Origin: an uncultured Collinsella sp. | Lineage (GTDB): Bacteria; Actinomycetota; Coriobacteriia; Coriobacteriales; Coriobacteriaceae | Length of the DNA: 64,000 bases | Direction: 5' to 3' | Assembly: GCA_900543025.1 (NCBI GenBank) | Contig: UQPP01000003.1 | Coordinates: forward strand, 35,601-99,600 | Shown: piece by piece, positions 59,608 through 64,000 of the stretch | How positions within the stretch are numbered: the first letter of the stretch is position 1 | How the letters are laid out: each line of letters starts with the position of its first letter | The notes under the pieces: generated by a model | Seen by the model: only the letters and a program-made list of their open reading frames with translations | What the model was told of the DNA's origin: nothing | The model's database searches: none | Program-made: the position numbers and the translations under genes

Positions 59608-62607
59608 ATGGTAAACGATTTGAGCGGTATAGACGACCTCGAGCTGATGCCGCTGGGCGGAGGCTATATGGTGCGACGCGAACGCTTGATGAATGAGCTT
59701 ATCGCCAAGGGCCGAAAGGCCGGCATCGTGGTTCTTTATGCGCCCGACGGGTTTGGGAAGACCTCGGTGCTGCTGCAGTACACCCATGAGGTTAAATGCG
59801 ACCCGACGCGAGGCCCCGTGCGGATTATCGAGGCCGATCGCGCCATTGGGCGCGAGGTGTTTATGCAGCTCGAGGTGGTTACCGAAGAACTCAAAGACAA
59901 ACCGCACTCCCTTATCGCGATTGATAATGTGCCAAACCTCGATCAGCACGATACCGAAGACCTCATCGACAGGATTCGCGGCCTGCGCGCTATGGGGGTT
60001 GGGGTCTTTATCTCCTGCCGTCCTTCAAATCGTCAGCTGATTCATGGGCTGGGCGATTCGGTTAAGATCAATGCGCAGATGCTCAAGGTGCATGCCTATG
60101 AGTATTCGGCGTGGGCATCGGCGTTTTCGATCAGCACATCGCTCGACTTCTATCAGCTCACGCAGGGCGTGCCCGAGCTCGTTTCGGCATTGCAGACGGG
60201 TCTGTATGGCCAAGGCGACGTAGCCGGCCTGCTCGAAAACGAGATTGTCAACGTATATGGCGCGGCACTTGCCGATCTGGCTTCGCTCGACAATAATGCG
60301 CTGTTTTGCGTGGCATGTCTCATGGTTTTGATGGGCGAGGGCAATATCGCAGAACTCGAGGCTTGCGGGATGAGGCTGTCGATGGTCGACCAGTCCTATT
60401 TTGTACGCGACTACCCGATCTTTGGCTTGGATCCCGCCGAGCGGAGTTTTACGTGTCTGGGCACGGAGGATAACGGACGCTTGCGCTTGCGTAAGTTGGT
60501 GGCCGAGGTTCGCCCCGAACTTGTTCCGAGGGCGGCCCGGATTTTGCTTAAGGCGGGCCGATGCGATGCGGCGATGGGCCTGGCGGACGCCTTTTTGGAC
60601 CGTGAAGCGGTCCTTGAACTTGCTGGGCAGTATGGGGTCGATCTGGCTCTGACGGGGCACGGGGCCGATATCTGCCGAGCGACGCTGGGCACGATCGATG
60701 CCGACGATCCGGCTCCAGAGCCAACGCCTGCCGAAGCGCTTGGCGTATATCTGGCAGCGGTCAGCGTGTCCAATACAAAGCTCGCTCGCTATATGGCATC
60801 GGTCATCGAGCGCGGGGGCGAACGGGCGGCCTGCGAAATAGACCCTGTTTCATGGAGGGTGGCCCAGACGCTGACGGCTGTTTGCTATGGGGACAACGGG
60901 CTTGGGCTTCCTACGAACCTGGCCGTGCCAGAAATCGAGACATCCCATACCGCACTCGATATGTTGTCTGCGCATATCGAGGTCAAGCGGTGCCTGACCG
61001 AGCGGGGAGATGACGGCGGCGTTCTACAGCAGCTCAAAACGAGCAAGGCCTACGACTGCGAGCTCGACATCGCGAGGATTGTTATACGGGCCGATAGCAT
61101 GCTGGTGGAGCTCTTTGACGGGTCGTTTGCGGGAACCGACGAGCGCGACGACGAGATGACGGTGGTGCGGGAGGCGCTCGACGTACGTGGGCTTAAGGCG
61201 ATGGCTATCTGGGTGCGCATGGTGTTGGCGGCACGGCGGCTCCTTTCCGGCTTGCCGGTAACCGACGACGCGGCGTTCAACGAGCTCGATCGTTTTGCCG
61301 TGCGCATGCGCGACAACCAGATTCAGCTGTTTGGCCTGTTGCTAGAAGGCTGGCAGTCGCTGGCAGAGGGACGGCCGGTTAATGCAAAGTTCCGTGCGGT
61401 CCAAGTGCTCAAACTTGCCGAGGAGTCGATTGGGTACATGCGCGATAACGCATTGCTGCTGGAGCGCGCGGCATATCTGCGTAACACCTCGATGGTTTCG
61501 GTACGCGAGGAAGCGGAGCTACTCGATATAAGCCAGACGCAGGTTGGTGGCGCAGAAGCCTGGATGGTGGCGCTGCATTTGGCCTGTGCGGGCCGAGACA
61601 GCGATCTTGCGGCCTGGATGTCCATGAATCGTGCGGGGATTCTAGAGCCATCGTATCGGCTCTTTGCGCGCCTTGCCATGCATTGTCTGGGCGAGCCGGC
61701 GGCCAGGATACGCAAGAAGCTTCCCGTGCGCGAGCTGTCGCGGTACTCGCTGCGCGACGATTTGGAAGGGGAGGGCGAGCGCCTATTCCAGGCCGGCGAG
61801 GTTGAAGCCGTTGATACCATCGACCATATCGAGATTCGCATGTTTGGTGCGTTTCGCGCCGAGCGCGACGGGTTTCCCATCACGGACAAAATGTGGCGCC
61901 GCAAGAAGGCGGCGACGCTTGCCGAGCGGCTTGCGCTGGGCATGGATGCGCTCGTCGATCGTGAGACGCTGGCCATGGAGCTGTGGCCCCATGCCGAGTT
62001 CAATAGCGCCCGCAACAACCTGTACTCGACGATATCGCGCTTGCGGTCGGCTTTGGGACCGACGCCGGATGGCAAGTCGTGCGTGCTCATCCAAAATGAA
62101 TGCATTGGGCTCAACGGCGACTACGTCAAGACCGATGTACGGCTGTTTGACCAGATAAGCCGCGAGGTTTTGGGAAATCGCACGGGTGCGCGCGGGCCCC
62201 ATTTAGTTGAGCTGTGCCTTAAGATTGAGCAGCTTTATGCCGGACCGCTGTATGTTCCCAATGGCTGTAATCCCACCTACTTTTTGCGCATGCGGCGCAT
62301 TATGCAGTCAAAGTACATCGATTGCATGATTAAGGGAGCAAATGCCGCTCTAGAAGAAAACGATCTGCAGTCGGCGATTTGGCTGGCGGAGTCGGGGCTT
62401 CGACAGGAAACGGCGCGTGAGGATATGGTGCGCTGCGCCATGCGCGTCTACAGTGCGGCGGGGCGGCGGCGCGATATCGTCGAGCTGTACAGCGGGCATA
62501 TGCACCACCTGAGGGAGCAGGTCAATGGCGTGCCCGAGCCCGAGACGCGGCGTCTATACGAGCGCTTGGTGGAGGGGCGGCTCAATCGCGTGCTGGTCGA
62601 GCGATAA
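59608..62607 (+). CDS. Large regulator: N-terminal MalT-like P-loop, C-terminal winged helix plus BTAD (SARP-type) domain
   Basis: R.RL...VVLYAPDGFGKT; IRMFGAF, W.RKKA, LWP, NNLY.TISRLR, TDV..F, LY.G, RED, GVPEPETRRLY. Confidence 0.8.
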   Translation: MVNDLSGIDDLELMPLGGGYMVRRERLMNELIAKGRKAGIVVLYAPDGFGKTSVLLQYTHEVKCDPTRGPVRIIEADRAIGREVFMQLEVVTEELKDKPHSLIAIDNVPNLDQHDTEDLIDRIRGLRAMGVGVFISCRPSNRQLIHGLGDSVKINAQMLKVHAYEYSAWASAFSISTSLDFYQLTQGVPELVSALQTGLYGQGDVAGLLENEIVNVYGAALADLASLDNNALFCVACLMVLMGEGNIAELEACGMRLSMVDQSYFVRDYPIFGLDPAERSFTCLGTEDNGRLRLRKLVAEVRPELVPRAARILLKAGRCDAAMGLADAFLDREAVLELAGQYGVDLALTGHGADICRATLGTIDADDPAPEPTPAEALGVYLAAVSVSNTKLARYMASVIERGGERAACEIDPVSWRVAQTLTAVCYGDNGLGLPTNLAVPEIETSHTALDMLSAHIEVKRCLTERGDDGGVLQQLKTSKAYDCELDIARIVIRADSMLVELFDGSFAGTDERDDEMTVVREALDVRGLKAMAIWVRMVLAARRLLSGLPVTDDAAFNELDRFAVRMRDNQIQLFGLLLEGWQSLAEGRPVNAKFRAVQVLKLAEESIGYMRDNALLLERAAYLRNTSMVSVREEAELLDISQTQVGGAEAWMVALHLACAGRDSDLAAWMSMNRAGILEPSYRLFARLAMHCLGEPAARIRKKLPVRELSRYSLRDDLEGEGERLFQAGEVEAVDTIDHIEIRMFGAFRAERDGFPITDKMWRRKKAATLAERLALGMDALVDRETLAMELWPHAEFNSARNNLYSTISRLRSALGPTPDGKSCVLIQNECIGLNGDYVKTDVRLFDQISREVLGNRTGARGPHLVELCLKIEQLYAGPLYVPNGCNPTYFLRMRRIMQSKYIDCMIKGANAALEENDLQSAIWLAESGLRQETAREDMVRCAMRVYSAAGRRRDIVELYSGHMHHLREQVNGVPEPETRRLYERLVEGRLNRVLVER

Positions 62608-62676
62608 AAAACGGGCGCCCGAAGTACTTGGGCACCCGTAAGCTTGCTATGTGTTGGATCGCCGGATCATTGGCTC

Positions 62677-62976
62677 TTAGACGAGCTTGATCTTCTCGAT
62701 GTCCTTGCGCGAGGACTCGCGATACAGTGAGAACTTGCGGCCGATGACCTGGACGACCTCGGCGTGGCAACGCTCGGCGAGCTCCTCGGCGGCCTCGCGG
62801 GCGGAAAGGCTGGAGCCATCGAGCACGGAGCACTTAACGAGCTCGTGCTTCTCCAGGTAGGCGACCGTCTGCTCGACGGTGCCCTCGTTGACGTCGGACT
62901 TGCCGATGATGATGGCGGGGTTGAGGTGATGGGCCATGCTGCGAAGCTGCTTGACCTGTGCTCCTGTCAGTGCCAT
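62677..62976 (-). CDS. yhbY: YhbY/CRM RNA-binding protein
   Basis: LT..Q...LRSMAHHLNP...IGK, HELVK, VVQVIG...LYR. Confidence 0.93.
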   Translation of the reverse strand: MALTGAQVKQLRSMAHHLNPAIIIGKSDVNEGTVEQTVAYLEKHELVKCSVLDGSSLSAREAAEELAERCHAEVVQVIGRKFSLYRESSRKDIEKIKLV

Positions 62977-63134
62977 GGGTTCTCGCTTTCTATGTATGGG
63001 GCGCCCCGCGACGGGGCCTTAATCTACGTGAGCTGTCCCACGATAGCGCAGGAACGGCGTGGTGTGGAGCGCGTTTGCCCAGTTCAAAAAGAATGCGGAT
63101 GCCGAGTGAGTGGGCGGTGCGGGCTGCGAACAGG

Positions 63135-64000
63135 CTATGAGCTGGGCGCAGAGACCGGCTCCCATGCAATAAACGCCCAACGAACCTTGCGGACATGATC
63201 GAGCATATAGCGCCCCTGCGGCACGCCCTTGGAGCCCGGCTCACCGGCATGGGGATTCTCGATCATGTGCTGGGCGATGTAGTCGCGCAGACGGTCGACC
63301 TTATCCTCGTTGCCATGCTCAAGCATACGGGAGAAGTCTGCCACACCTGCCTCAAGGCTATCGAAGGTATCGCGACGAGGCGATTCAAAGTACGTAACCT
63401 GCGGCAACGCACCCATCTGAATGAGGATGTTGAAGGCGTACACAAAGCCATTACTGCGGGTAACCGAGGCGCCGATGGCGTTCATCACGTGCAGGTCGTA
63501 GCGCGGGCTGGAGTTGGCGACCATCGTGACAGCACAACGCCGGCGAGCCGTGCGGTCGAGCTTGGCAAGCGCGCCTTTTAGGTTGGTCGTGGTGACAGAG
63601 CGACTGGCAAAGGCAACATCCACCGCTTTCGCGACCGGTCCAACCAAATCCCAATCATCATCCCAAGCAAGCTCAAGCGGTGTAATGCGATCCTCGAGCC
63701 CATAGTACTCAATGCCGGCATCAAGCGTGCCCAACATGGCAGGGGAGAAATCAGCCGCAATCACAGGATGCCCAGCCTGAGCAAGCGGAATAGCAATCGA
63801 CCCAGCCCCGCACCCCATATCGAGTACCGACTCGCCGGGCTTCAACGCCAACAGCTTTATAAAATCCCGGGCATAAGGGGCAGTCTCCAACGGCCGAAAA
63901 TGCCGAGCCCGCTTATCCCACTCAAAAGAATCATCAGCCCGATGCCGAGCGGCCTGCAGACGCATCCATTCGCCATTCCAATCCGCAGAAAGCAGCTCAG
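63135..64000 (-). CDS. Class I SAM-dependent methyltransferase, 5' end outside the window
   Basis: VLDMGCGAG, ADFSPAML, DVAFASRS; frame open to the window edge (ELLSADWNGEWMRLQ). Confidence 0.88.
   Translation of the reverse strand, partial: ELLSADWNGEWMRLQAARHRADDSFEWDKRARHFRPLETAPYARDFIKLLALKPGESVLDMGCGAGSIAIPLAQAGHPVIAADFSPAMLGTLDAGIEYYGLEDRITPLELAWDDDWDLVGPVAKAVDVAFASRSVTTTNLKGALAKLDRTARRRCAVTMVANSSPRYDLHVMNAIGASVTRSNGFVYAFNILIQMGALPQVTYFESPRRDTFDSLEAGVADFSRMLEHGNEDKVDRLRDYIAQHMIENPHAGEPGSKGVPQGRYMLDHVRKVRWAFIAWEPVSAPSS

Overview
GC-rich chromosomal segment of a gut Coriobacteriaceae bacterium, most likely Collinsella (inferred from gene content and protein sequences). The core backbone is aspS (partial), feoAAB, htrA, ligA, moaA/moaC-mobB, gatCAB, ssrA (tmRNA), rplM-rpsI-glmM, PTS IIA, nagB and yhbY. 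Accessory parts include several intact and decayed toxin-antitoxin modules, MerR-MATE, two heterodimeric ABC pairs, an AraC regulator, a P1B-ATPase, and a sortase-dependent pilus cassette sitting inside remnants of an older pilus locus. The most interesting signals are: (1) a GlnA2-like glutamine synthetase that has lost three metal ligands and the catalytic flap glutamate, followed by a GlnR-like regulator, with a GlnR-type box upstream; (2) twelve intergenic hairpins sharing a 13-nt GGGACAGG-type loop on different stems; (3) an AbiEi/DUF559-like nuclease gene bracketed by direct copies of a ~63-bp palindrome, plus two phased arrays of alternating inverted motifs (40-bp and 62-bp periods); (4) a shared 20-bp box upstream of the iron-related operons. 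No CRISPR array, transposase or integrase was found. All family assignments come from recognising motifs by eye; no database searches were run.
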